Positions 10,041 to 21,696 of a DNA stretch of 41,475 bases are shown piece by piece. The notes under the pieces were generated by a model. That model did not search any database and had not been told where the DNA came from. It was given only the letters and a program-made list of their open reading frames with translations. The stretch comes from Octopus bimaculoides (Eukaryota). Location of the stretch: positions 41,579,486 through 41,620,960 of the forward strand of contig NC_068987.1 of assembly GCF_001194135.2 (NCBI RefSeq). The letters are read 5' to 3'. How positions within the stretch are numbered: position 1 is the stretch's first letter; every line of letters begins with the position of its first letter. The position numbers and the translations under genes were made by a program.

Positions 10041-13000
10041 ATGGCAGCAAAAATAATGATCAGCAGCAAAGCTATCAGACCTTTTCATGACAAAGGAGAT
10101 TTGATTGCCCGAATCCGTAAGATGAAGGTGGTGGCTAGGTTGCAAGGCATTGACGATGTAGCAGGTCTCATGGCTTCGAAGGGAAATACGTTGGCTCTGT
10201 ACCTCGAGATGGATGAAACAGACCAATCGGATGCAGTGAAGATCAAGCAGCACTTAAAGGAGGCCTTTACGAAAGATCATACGCTGTATTCGCCAAGCTG
10301 AGATCGGCCAGGTGAACAGGGGAACAGGTAGATGTAAATGCAGTGGAAGTTCGGAGACAGGCCATGCTATCTGGTTTTACTGGAGAGGGACTAGAAAAGG
10401 TGGCATTCATAAGTGGCTTTTCTGATGATATATTGGTGTGACTGAAACAACTGCCAGGCAGTGAGAAAATGGTGATGAGCAAGCTCATTGCTCAAGCCCA
10501 CGTGTCAACACAAACCACCAGGCAGAATGCAGTGGCAATGGCAGCTTCAGAAGCCCATGACATTACACGATGATCAGTAAAGAATGAGGAGAGAAAAACT
10601 GCCATGGAGTGGCAGTGACTGTTTATGGGCCAGTGTTTTAAGTACCAGAGAATGAACATGGCAAGGTACTGTGCAGAGACAAAGCCCAAACATGTTTGCT
10701 TCCAGTGCAGGCAGACAGGGCATATCACTTGAAACTGCAGCTGGGAAAAGGCCATGGGGGAGTTTCTGCCTCTCAAATTTTCCCTGCAAGCAAGTAGAGG
10801 CTCTCGTGCAGTTACTGCCCATAATTGAAGTCTGGTCATTGGAAAGGTGTTCAGAGCCCTCGTAGATACAGGTTGTACAACATCTATTGTGACCACAACG
10901 GTAACAAGAAAATAGAAGGGGATGAGTAATGTTTGGGTGGTCAATGGCTGTGAAATTGGATGTAAGGGTAACAGCAAAGTGGAGATAGCAGTGTGGAGCA
11001 CAACACTAAAGCTGCAGGCAAATGTGATTGATCATGTCGTAGATGGAATTGATGTGGTGTTGGGTATGGATGTGATCAACCACCTTGTCAGTGTCAGTGA
11101 AGACATGGTTTCATTTGGTGGTGCAGGGACATCATATGCTGTGAGTCTGCAACATGAGAGGGGGTAAAGTAGAGATTGTACTGCTTACACCATTGAGGAT
11201 AATGATTTTCAGGTTGTGTTCAATGGTCAGCGATGGATAGTAGACTGGTGCTGGAAAGGGGAGCCCCCAATGCTGAAGAACAGGCTGAGCTGCTATCAGC
11301 ATACCTTGAAAGGAGATACCAGGAGTGAGTTTGAAGGAGAGTTAGAGAGATGAATCAAGGAGGGTATCCTTATCTCATGGAAGGAAGAAGTGAAGAGCAG
11401 AGTACTTCCACTAATGGCAGTGGTGCAGCCAACAATGGGCAAAGTCAGGCTGGTACTGGACTTTCAAGAGATGAATGGCCATGTATCGTGCCACATGGGT
11501 GATGAGGTGACTGACGTTTGCAGAGAGACATTACAAGAATGGAGACAGATGACAAGGGCGGAAATGATTGTTGGCTTGAAGTCAGCATATCTAGAGCCTC
11601 ATGTAAGTGAGAAACTGGCAGGATCAGCTGGTGCGATACAAGGACCAGACATACTGTTTATACCAGGCTGGGTTTGGGGCTGAATTCTGCACCAAAGATC
11701 ACAGCAACAGTGCTCAAATCTATCCTGGGAAAGATGAACAAGATAAAAAAAATGTCCTATATAGAAGACCTCTTGGTAGGCAAGATTGTAGTGTCTGCCA
11801 CACAGGTCATAAGTCACCTAAAGAAGTTTGAGCTGACTGTGAAACCACCAGAGCTAATGATTGGAGGAGCTGCCCTGGGGCCCAAGCTTCAAAGAAACAA
11901 AACGGGTGTGTTGGTATTTTAGAGAGGAAATAAGATTCCAGAACTGGATACCAGCATCAGCAGACAAGAACTATTCTTGATGTGGGGGAAACTAGTAGGT
12001 CAATATCCAATCACAGGGTGGCTCTAAACAGTATGCAGCTACGTCAAGAGATGAGTTGATGGGGCAAGCTGGGGAGATGGAGTGAGAGAGAGGACAGTGG
12101 CAGTGATGCAGGAGATCCTAGAGAGTGTGTAAGAGTAGAAGGCCCAGTAAGAGGAAGCTGGTATATGCCCAAATTGGAGAACAGGACCATATCGTGTGAT
12201 GCTAGCAGCATAGCGATAGGGGTTGTCCTGGAAATCAGAGGTGTTGAAGTAGAGAACACAGCCTGACTCTGAAAAGCAGATGATTACAACCACATCAACT
12301 TGGCTGAGTTGGATGCAGTGCTGAAGGGGATGAATCAGGCCCTGAGATGGGGGCTGCACTCTATTGAAATTCAAACTGATTCAGCTACTGTGCTTGGATG
12401 GGTAGGATCAGTGATCACTACTGAAAAGAGGATTTTAACCAAAGGGGCTGCAGAGATGTTAGTAAAGTACCATCTAGAGGTTCTGGGAGAGCTTGCTGCC
12501 AAATTTGGTTTGAAGCTGAGCATGATCTTTGTGCCCTCAGAAAGGAATAAGGCAGACATTCTAACTAGGGTGAAAATGGCTTGGTTGGTGATGCTGGAAG
12601 ATTTAGAGTGGGGGATAGCTGCAGTGTGTCAGCTAGGTGACTCAAAACTAAGGAGACTGCATGCCATGCATCACATGGACATGGATAGTACCCTGTATCT
12701 TGCCAGGAGGGTTGGTTGACTCCAACATTACTAGGCAGAGCATTCAGAAGGTGGTTGGGAGCTAATCCATCAACCTTGCTATGGGTGTGCATGAGCCAAG
12801 AAACATCTCAGTAGAGCACAACTGGAGACGATTGTTGGAGGGAAACTAGTTTCTCCTGCATCATTGCCACTGTCCTCTCTTCCACTCCGTCTCCCCAGCT
12901 TGCCCTATCAGCTCATCTCTTGACATAGCTGCATGCTGCTTAAAGCCACCCTGCAATTGCATATTGACCTACTAGTTTCCCACACTATCGACAGGGGACA

Positions 13001-13670
13001 TATCTCTTGATGGTTGACTGTGGACCTGGTCGGATGGCCATATAGAGGAAAATGAAGATGGGCACTGCAGGTGAGGTTTCACATATCCTGAATGAGATAT
13101 TCCTGGAGGAGGGCCCTGTGGATGAATCGCTGATGGACAATGGCGCCACATTTCATTTGGAGATGCTGAAGGAGATGCTTAATAAGTGGAATGTACACCA
13201 CTCCTTCCAAGCAGCATGCAGGCGGAATGGAAATGGGATTGTGGAAAGACACCATGGCAGAGAGGGAACTCATCTCACCACTGGAAGCAGTATTCCAATA
13301 CAATATGTCAGCTTGATCAGGACAGGTTGAAGAGTCTGTGCCACACAGTGATATTCAGGTATGAATGGCAGCACCTGAGTACAACATCAGAATGCCTTGT
13401 GGAAGAGAGAGGGCCTGTGTTCATGCAGTTAGGAGATGAAGTCTGAGTCAAGCCCCCAAAGGTACACTGCACATCTCAGTGGAACAGAGGAACAGTGACG
13501 GCTGTTAATTCCAAAAATAATGTTTCTGTGGATGGAATGCTGTGTCACATTTTGGATGGTCACAGAATTGTCATTTTGTCGAACAATGAAGATTTAAGGA
13601 GAGGAAGGGAGCAGAGCTCCATCCCTGTGGAGATCACAGCGAGTGGATGGCAGGTTTTGACATAGAGTGA
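10041..13670 (+). pseudogene. Gypsy gag-pol polyprotein, multiple stops and frameshifts
   Basis: ORF fragments at 10041-10301, 11390-11683, 11674-11922, 12300-12719 and 13052-13330 carry gag, RT, RNase H and integrase motifs. Confidence 0.88.
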
Positions 13671-13699
13671 AGGAGGTGATCTTTGAGATGGGAGGGGGG

Positions 13700-13993
13700 T
13701 GAGGTGAACCAAAAGGAAAGGATAGTGATGTCAACAGCCAAGGGGCCCCACTGAAGAGGAAGAGGGAGTGACAAAGTGAGGGATGTAGGACCAGTGTGGT
13801 CCTCTTTGGCCTTTAGGCACTCGTTGTGAATGGACACATGTGGACATGTGGGTGAGACAAGGCTTTAGCAGTAGCTACTAACGATAGGTGAGACAGGTAG
13901 GGCACAACTTGATTTTAACACAACTGGACAGTCAACACTGAGAGGTAGGTGAACCATATTTTGTTCTGCACATTGCAGCTTCCTCATACTACA
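13700..13993 (+). repeat. 3' LTR of the Gypsy element
   Basis: Follows the PPT. tgagg...catactaca. Homologous to 9725-9980. Confidence 0.8.
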
Positions 13994-14159
13994 GGTAGGA
14001 AGATTGAGAACAAAGCAATGACATTCTTGACTAACTGAAATCTTTTGAACAAAATTATTTATAAAAACAGTTTAAAATATTTAAGGCAAAGCAGCAGTTT
14101 ATGTTATATAAATTTATTTTATATATAGTTTTAAAGAATTTAGAATAACATTTATTTCT

Positions 14160-14490
14160 CTTTTACCCATGGATTACTATGTGTGAAGTGCGACTGAGAA
14201 AAACACCAACCAATCTACCTGCAACAGCAAGGCCAAGCTGGTGGCCAAAGTCAAGGAGGTGTTCAAAGATCTTCCTGGGGATACAGTGAGGAATGCACAC
14301 ACCAAGTTGTGGAGCTGTTTAGAGGCAGCTACTTTCCCATCTGAGGGTGATTACTTTGAGCAAACTGTAATCTCCCAACCATAATCTAGTTGATATTTTT
14401 GATATTTTTAGAATACTTTTCTTTTTGGATGAGATATTGTATTTTCTTTTTATGCAAACTGTCAAATTTAGTCCAAACACTCTGTGTTTA
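14160..14490 (+). mobile_element. Tc1/mariner 3' remnant
   Basis: PMDYYV..TNQSTCNSKAKLVAKVKEVFKDLPGDTVRNA..EGDYFE matches the Tc1-type transposase C-terminus. Terminal cactctgt. Homologous to 1580-1775. Confidence 0.7.
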
Positions 14491-15335
14491 TTTACAGGGG
14501 ATTGGTATACTGACCAAGTGACATTTGAAACCAACTCTAATGAATTCTCAGATGATTAATTTAATAAATTCCTTTTCATTTAGAAGCAAAATTAAGTTCT
14601 ACCTACAGTTACTGATGTGAGTGTGTGTGTGTGTGTATGTGTGTGTGTTTGTACATTAATATGTAAATTCCTGATTTACAAAGATTAACTGTGGCTTTAG
14701 ACTATGTCAAAACCTGCTCCAGATGAGATAATCTCAGGAATCAGTAATTCTTCAAAGTTAACATGCCATTAAGGAAAAGTACAAGTTTACGGTATTTGAC
14801 ACACCTGCAATTGTTTGTTATTCAAAAACATGCCACCAACCACTCTGATTTATTTCTCTGAACTCATTAAAGTCCCTTGGCTACTAGAGACAAGGCTGGG
14901 TAATTGTCAGGCTGATGATTAGTAATTGAGCCAGAAACACATGTTCACAACTGTCCTTTTATCTCTGGACAATAAGCTTGGTCTTTTCATTAATGGGAAA
15001 ATTCTTGATTCTTGAGATTATCTGTCTTCTCATGTGGAGCTGGCCTTAGTTGCCACTTGGTAATAATGACACATTCTCTAACGGTAGAAATAACTTTATT
15101 AAATCAAGATTTTACATTGTATAGTGTTTAATATACCTGTATTTGTCTATGTTATTCAAATACATGCCATTGGCCACTCAGAGTTATTTCTCTTAGCTCC
15201 TTTTTGTTTAAATTACACACACTCACACTCACATATAAATGTGTGAAAGAGGTTTACTTCCACAGAAGTAGAGTATGGGAAAATTGGTTTTGTAGTTGAA
15301 AATGCATCTATGTATTAAAATGAATTGTAGTTTTT

Positions 15336-15681
15336 TCATGGCTGTTTGATTAAAAAGTTTGATTTCTAACCATGTTCAGTCCTACTGTGCAGCACCTTGG
15401 GCAAGTGTCTTCTACTACAGTCCCAGGCCCACCAAAGTCTTGTGAGTGGGTGTATTTAGTGGACAGAAATTGAAAGAAGCCCATCGTGTATGTGTGTGTT
15501 TATTTGTCTCCCAACATTGCTTGACAAATGATGTTGGTTTGTTTATGGCCAAGAGGAACCTATAGAATAAGTACCAGGTTTAGAAAATAAAATTGAGTAT
15601 TGTAGTCGATTTGTTTGACCGAACCCTTCAAGGAGGTGCCCCAGCACACCTGCAATCATGAAACAAGAAAAAGATGAAAGA
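15336..15681 (+). mobile_element. tRNA-derived SINE, family 1 (near full length)
   Basis: tRNA-like head, ccttgggcaagtg core (CORE-SINE-like motif), internal (TG)n, and tail aggaggtgccccagcac..gaaacaagaaaaaga. Confidence 0.8.
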
Positions 15682-15860
15682 AATTTATCAAAATACCATA
15701 CAGCTTTTGACGAATTTGTTGCTTTTCCATGATAAACAGGAAACACATATAAGATGAAAATGTAAAAGAAAGAATGCACAGGAAAAAGTCTCATAGTGAT
15801 GAAACATGCTCAAAAATCAACTGTTCAATAAGTTTCATGGTGGAAATAAGTTATTATTAA

Positions 15861-16078
15861 GGTGGCGAACTGGAAGAAACGTTAGCATGCCGGGTGAAAT
15901 GCTTAGCAGTATTTTGCCTGTCTTTACGTTCTGAGTTCAAATTCTGCCACGGTCAACTTTGCCTTTCATCCTTTTGGGGTTGATAATTTAAATACCAGTT
16001 TCATACTGGGATTAATCTAATCGACCAGCCCCCTCCCCCAAAATTTCAGGACTTGTGCCTAGAGTAGAAAAGAATAAG
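15861..16078 (+). mobile_element. tRNA-derived SINE, family 2
   Basis: ggtggcgaactggaagaaacgttagc head, B-box gagttcaaattc, and a central ctttcatccttttggggttgata block resembling Deu/Nin-type SINE domains. Homologous to 17913-18120 and 40352-40455. Confidence 0.85.
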
Positions 16079-16659
16079 TTTTACAGCAATAAGAAATTAT
16101 GAAAGTTCCAATGTTTGATAAATTTCATAGTAAAGATACATGATAGAAATATAAAATCAATAAATTATGTTAGCAGATATGATGAAGATTATAAAGTATA
16201 AAGAAAAAATTTTTTTCCTACAAGCTCTGTCATGTCGTTTTAAGGAGAATGTTCATCATTTGCATTACTTATTTGAATGTGGAACTTGAAATAATTTTCA
16301 AGCCAATATTGCTTTGTACTTACAGGTTTTAAGATACAGGTTAAGGTCTAATAAGCTACTTACTAAAAGGTATCACTTGTTTTCTTCCTGGTCACTTGGT
16401 TTTGTCTGGCAGTAGCCTTCTAGTTGGCAGTAGCCTTCTAGAATGTTTAATAGCTTCACTTTTATTTTTCATTTTATTTTTCTCACTTTCCAGTTTTGAC
16501 CAAAAACTTAATCCAATTGGTAAATCCTTGGGTGACATTAACAAATAGTATCAAAAAGATGGTACTGCACAATGGTTTGAAATTAGGGTTTCAAATCCCA
16601 GTGGAAGCCCATTACTCAACTTTTGATTTTTTGTTTTCTGCTTCTATTGTATTGTTATA

Positions 16660-17710
16660 AAGTATTCTATTTTGGTTTATATTTCTTTATATATGTTCCT
16701 TATTTAATCAGAATTGGACTAAGATATTCCCAGTGCATTGATATAAAAGGAAAATTTGATATTTGGGATATTTGTACGTTGAACAATGATCTACGTTTTT
16801 AGCAATTGCTTTTTTATCTGGTCCTAGGGTCTCATATCTGTTGCCATTGAACTATCATTCTATGTCCCAAAGTTAATCCCATTTGTCTTATGTCACCTTC
16901 ACCACACTCACTGCATTTGATAAGATAGATCAAATTTCTTGATGCACAAGTGAAATAACTTTTCAAGGTAAATGTCTGTCCTGATTTTAATTTGTATGTT
17001 GAGCTCTCAATGAGCAGATTCTGCAATAGGATGGTTACAATTTTAGACGATTGGGTTTCTATTTTTGGTAGAGTAGCTAATAAGTAGTTTTTAAAAAATT
17101 TTGGTTGTTTTTTACTTTTAATTGTTTTATGTGTCTGGAGTACTTTTTTCATTTTTAGATCGTTCATCAAAAAAGGGATATTCTGATAGATGATGTATGT
17201 TTCTATATTTTTTGGATTGCATGTTGATAATACAGGTAAAGTATTGGGTGTATAAAGAGAGTTTCTTGCTTTTTGTAATTCAACCATTTTTGCACATTCT
17301 GTTCCATTATTGGTTAAAGTTACTGGGTATTGTTTTTTCAGTAATATATTTTATATTTTCTTGAAGTTGTTTCTCTCAGGCTTGGGGATTGGATACAGAT
17401 TCTTCTTACCAAGTGAAAAGGAATTTACATATACTTTGGATGGCAGAAAGAAAGTAACAGATATTGTTTTGAGTCTATTGGTTTGAAGTAGATGTTAGTT
17501 TCAATGTTCATATGATTAAAATGTCCAAAAAGGGCATTGTTCTCGACAATATTCATTGTGAATTGGATATTTTCAGTTATATTATTAATTAGAGTTTTAA
17601 ACTCATAACGTTGATCCAGTCTGTGTGTCCAAAGGATGGAACAATCATTCAGATAGCATTTCCAGTTGTCAAATAGGTATTTATGGAAATTATTGGCAAG
17701 TGAAATCATA
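16660..17710 (-). mobile_element. Penelope-like element (Neptune-like) RT C-half + GIY-YIG endonuclease, decayed
   Basis: YLNDC..NIQFTM..NIYFKPIDSKQYL..SFCHP (RT/thumb), followed by FTCASRNLIYLIKCSECGE..RQMG..RM..QQI (endonuclease). Confidence 0.82.
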
Positions 17711-17912
17711 AAATAAGAAGTAGAATTTATGAATTACTTTCATCAACAATTTGTGTACAAAAAATAAACTCCTTAACATTTTCATACTAATCTTCAATTG
17801 TGACCCTGACTTGTTAGCTATATTATGTTTTGGACCTTTGTACATATTTGCAGATCATCTTCCCTTATATATATGTGTGTGTGTGTATGTATATATATAT
17901 ATATATATATAT

Positions 17913-18120
17913 ATCCTTTCTACTATAGGCACAAGGCCTGAAATTTGGGGGAGGGGAATAGTCAGTTACATCGACCCCAGTGTTTCACCGATGCTAATTT
18001 ATTGACCCCAAAAGAATGAATGGCAAAGTTGACCTCGGCGGAATTTGAACTCAGAACATAGCAGCAGACGAAATACCACTAAGCATTTCACCCGGTGTGC
18101 TAACGATCCTGCCAGCCCGT
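17913..18120 (-). mobile_element. tRNA-derived SINE, family 2
   Basis: Reverse complement of the 15861-16078 family. Its 3' end abuts a (TA)n tract. Confidence 0.88.
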
Positions 18121-18129
18121 AAGCATAAA

Positions 18130-18790
18130 TCTGAAAAAAGAAGCACACAAGTTATAGTGCAGTATATATTAAAGTTAGATAAGGCCAGTTGATGGGATTA
18201 CCTTAAGTTTCATATCCATAAAGGGCTCAGTTTCATGGCATATCAGCAAATCCCTAAACCTGTTGGCTAAAGGCCTCTCTAGCAAGTGGCTTCCCTAGAA
18301 TATAGAGGAGGAAAGGGCCCCTTTACTCAATGTCAACAAAAGGGATTGTCTCCCCTTGGTTATTGATCACCAATGTCACCAAAGGGGATTGTATCTCTTT
18401 GGCTAGTGATCACTGGTAACCCTGTCATCCTGTGGGTTCCAATAGGCTAGCAGGAATTTCCTGAAATGTAAGCTCAGTCTGAAGACCTCCGTTCTGGAGT
18501 TTAGAATGTTCCCTGGGTAGAGGGAGTTCATTAGGATCCTTGCCCATTCCACTCTGCATAATTTACAGCGATTGGTCTCGTTAATGTAGGGACCTGGATT
18601 TTCTAGGATTCTTCATGATATTGTGTATGGAATCCCGTTATCTATCAGCTGCCATACATGGCTGGCTAATGATGTGACAAATCTTCTTTCCAGTATCCTT
18701 GAGGAGGATCTATGGTTGGAGAGGTGTTGTTTGAACAAGTTCCTGGACAACCAATGTATCTCCATGGTCGGCTGTTGGCGGCAGTGTGTC
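18130..18790 (-). mobile_element. Penelope-like GIY-YIG endonuclease fragment + 3' region
   Basis: YIGLSRNLFKQHLSNHRSS..TSLASHVWQL..RILENPGPY..NRCKLCRVE..LNSRTEVF. Confidence 0.7.
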
Positions 18791-18894
18791 TGTTGGTGTT
18801 GGCGGCCTTGCCACCACTGTTGTTGGAACTGGCACTGAAGTCAATTCCAACAGAATTAAGTTTGTGTCTAGTAATTCTTAGATAAAAAAACTCT

Positions 18895-19480
18895 ATATAC
18901 CAGTGTAAAATTACTTCAGGTACCGATGTCTTTTTTTATATAGGTAGTTCTTCTTCTCAGTTATCTAAAAGAATTTCTAATCATTACTCTACATTTAGGG
19001 ATAGGAATAAATGTAACAGCACAGGACTTAGTAAATTAATTTGGTATCTAAAAGACCATAATTAACAGTTTAATTTAGATTGGTTGATTCTCTCCATGTC
19101 ATTCCCATACAATAAAGGCAAAGAATTCTGCCAACTCTGTAATAGTGAACTATTTTATATTCTGTTTTCTAAGAATCCCCTTGTAAATACGTTTATAGAG
19201 CATACTTATCAATGTAAACATTGGCAGAAACATACCTTTAGTTCATATATGTGATATCTACCATTATATATAATTTGAACATTGATTTTCTTCTTATATT
19301 TCACTTCCACTATTTCCAAACCTTTAAGCTTTTATTTTAATTCACATGTCACTCTATATTTCTGCTTATTTCTTTCCTTTACCTTTCTCTTTCTATAGGC
19401 TACCTTCTTTTATTGGTAAATTTTTTTACCAATATATTATAGTAGACCATTATGAAATAACAAGTACATTTTTTATGTCA
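18895..19480 (+). mobile_element. Penelope-like GIY-YIG endonuclease fragment + pyrimidine-rich 3' region
   Basis: FYIGSSSSQLSKRISNHYSTFR..TGLSKLIWYLKD..FPYNKGKEFCQLCNSE..CKH. Homologous to 39140-39520. Confidence 0.75.
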
Positions 19481-19628
19481 GTTTTTGTAGATTTTTCGTC
19501 GATTTAGGGAATCTTTCTTCATTGTTTCAGGAGCACAAAAAGCACATCATTCCACAACAAAACTGGAAGTACATGTATATACACATAAATATATAATACA
19601 TATATATATGTATAATAAATATATATAA

Positions 19629-20660
19629 CTAGCTGACGTACCGGTAATAAATTATCATTAATAAGATGTCTGTTTATAGCCATGAAACATTTTTCGTCAA
19701 ATTTCAACATTTTTCAAAAATTTTAAATCTATATTAATGGGTAGGACCAATTTGATGAAAAAATGAGCAGAATCTCGACCTGTGTCATCGTCATTTTTGT
19801 GCATGTGTGTAAAATGGCGAAATTTTACGCTTTGGGGAAGATTTTGTCAAATTGATGTCACCACAGCTAGTGTGCAAAATGCCTACGTTTTGCTTGAGAA
19901 ATAAAATGCTCTTACCTAATCAAAACCAGAAATGGTGGGGAATTAGAACGGTGAATTGAAATAATAAGCTTTAACATATTAAAACAATTCGCATTGAAAT
20001 GCTGAATTAGCAAATACTAAATAAATTACCGTTAATAAGATGTCTGTTGATAGCCATGAAACATTTTTTGCCAAATTTCGGCATTTTTCAAGAAATTAAA
20101 ATCTATATTAATGTGTAGGATCAATTTGATGAAAAAATGAGCATAGTCATCGTCACTTTTGTTCATGTGCGTAAAATGTTACGCTTTGGGGCAGATTTCG
20201 TCGAACTGATATCACAATGGCTAGTGCGCAAAATGCCTAAATTTCGCTTGAGAAATGAAATGCTCTTACCTAATCAAAACCTGTAACACTGGGGAATTAA
20301 AACAACGAATTGAAATAAGTTTTAGCAAATCAAAACAATTCACATTGAAATGTTGAATTAGCAAATACTAAATAGATTACCATTAATAAGCTGTCTGTTT
20401 ATACCCATGAAACATTTTTCATCAAATTGATGTCACGATGGCTGGTGTGAAAAATGCCAAAATTTTACAATTTTTGAAAAATCAATGCAGATTAAAAATC
20501 AATTTTTTAAGAATTCCAAGTGTGTAAGTGACCTCATAGGCATAAGCCCTATACATGTGTCAAGTTTCTTCAAGGTCTGTTGGATAGTCTGGGAGGAGTT
20601 AAAGTAACAAATTCACAAACACTCAAACTTGACATTTATTATTATATATATATATAATAT
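19629..20660 (-). mobile_element. Non-autonomous Helitron/DINE-like element with internal ~350-370 bp tandem repeats
   Basis: Minus-strand 3' end ccggtacgtcagCTAG|T (CTAG at 19629-19632). Repeat units start at about 19645, 20018 and 20369. Minus-strand 5' region tatataataataaatgtcaagtttgagtgtttgtg. Confidence 0.65.
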
Positions 20661-20959
20661 ATAAAAGAAAAAAACAAAATAATATCTGTAATATAATATG
20701 TGACAATTATTCGGTTGCCATAATAAAACTTCAAGTTTCAGATGTCAGGGTGGAAATCTGCTCCGGCATCTCGTATGTTATTAAGACAAACACAAATGCT
20801 ATGAAAATGACTGTTAAACAAAGGGAAATTACTATGTAAATGACCATTATTAAGACAAACAAAAGAGCTATTAGAATGACCGTTAAATAAATGTAAAAAC
20901 CCGAAGGAGAAAAAGTAAAAAGCACTCGTAGAATCCATGTATGCGTGCATGTACATACA

Positions 20960-21325
20960 TATGCATTTAAATCTAAGGATACACCTTGGAAATTGACGAC
21001 TGTCAGGTTGGTATCTGTAGTTATGCTAAGACCGAAAGTTTTCATCATTTGGATAATGTCCTTCCTAAACCAATCTTTTATTAGTCTATTAGCATTTGTG
21101 GTTAAAGCTAGGGCATCATCTTTGTAAATGGTGAAATATACATCAGGAAAAGTCTTGCCCAACGTATTGAGTAGGAATAGTCCAATGAGATTGCATATGA
21201 CTCCTCCATCATATGACTCCATGCTCACATTGAAGGTACCCTCTGTATCGGTAGTCTTGACCCCCTCTGCATTCTCACTGAAGAGTAAGGTCTTTCTAGA
21301 AAAATGAAACCAGCTGTTCATGCAG
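20960..21325 (-). mobile_element. Penelope-like RT fragment (short-RT, Hydra-clade-like)
   Basis: SRKTLLF..FNVSMESYDGGVICNLIGLFLL..IYKDDAL..RKDII..FGLSIT..NLTVVNF. Confidence 0.75.
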
Positions 21326-21329
21326 GGAT

Positions 21330-21690
21330 AAAAATTTGTGCCTGCTAAATGGAGCTTGCATGTCCGAGACCATCATTTATGAAGCCATTGTAGACTCTAC
21401 AACCACTAAGGACAAAACTTCATCAAAGAAATATGTGGGTTTCACAGAAGGGAATTTTAAAGCCAAGTTCAACAATCACACCTTGAGCTTCAGGCACTGG
21501 GATAAAAGAAAAACAGCCAAATTATCTAGTCATATATGGTCCTTAAAAGAAAAAGGTGTTAATTACTACATCCATTGGAAGATCTTAGCCAGGTGTAAGC
21601 CTTACACCAATGGAAATGGAAAGTGTGGTCTTTTGTGATATGGAAAGATGGCTCATCTGGAAAAGCAGCTTAGACCTTGCTACATGTCTA
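21330..21690 (+). mobile_element. Penelope-like GIY-YIG endonuclease fragment
   Basis: CLLNGACMSETIIYEA..KYVGFTEGNFKAKFNNHTLSFRH..LSSHIWSLKE..IHWKILARCKPY..KCGL. Confidence 0.85.
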
Positions 21691-21696
21691 AATTCA

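Larger units (their letters stand above)
9725..13993 (+). mobile_element. Gypsy/Ty3 LTR retrotransposon, structurally complete but decayed
   Basis: Two LTRs. Domain order gag (two CCHC knuckles, ~10630-10745), protease (ALVDTGC, ~10860), RT (VLDF, YIED), RNase H (CDAS, AELDAV, TDS), integrase (MDNG, NGIVER). Polypurine tract gagatgggagggggg at ~13685-13699. Candidate TSD ggtag at 9720-9724 and 13994-13998. Confidence 0.92.

Noticed and set aside
14785-15195. Short ~75-bp direct repeat pair (14785-14860 / 15120-15195)
   Set aside because: Too short and diverged to assign. Probably fragments of a dispersed repeat, with no termini or TSD visible.
16545-16610. tRNA gene
   Set aside because: Only a B-box-like ggtttcaaatccc is present and no cloverleaf forms. 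At most a decayed SINE head.
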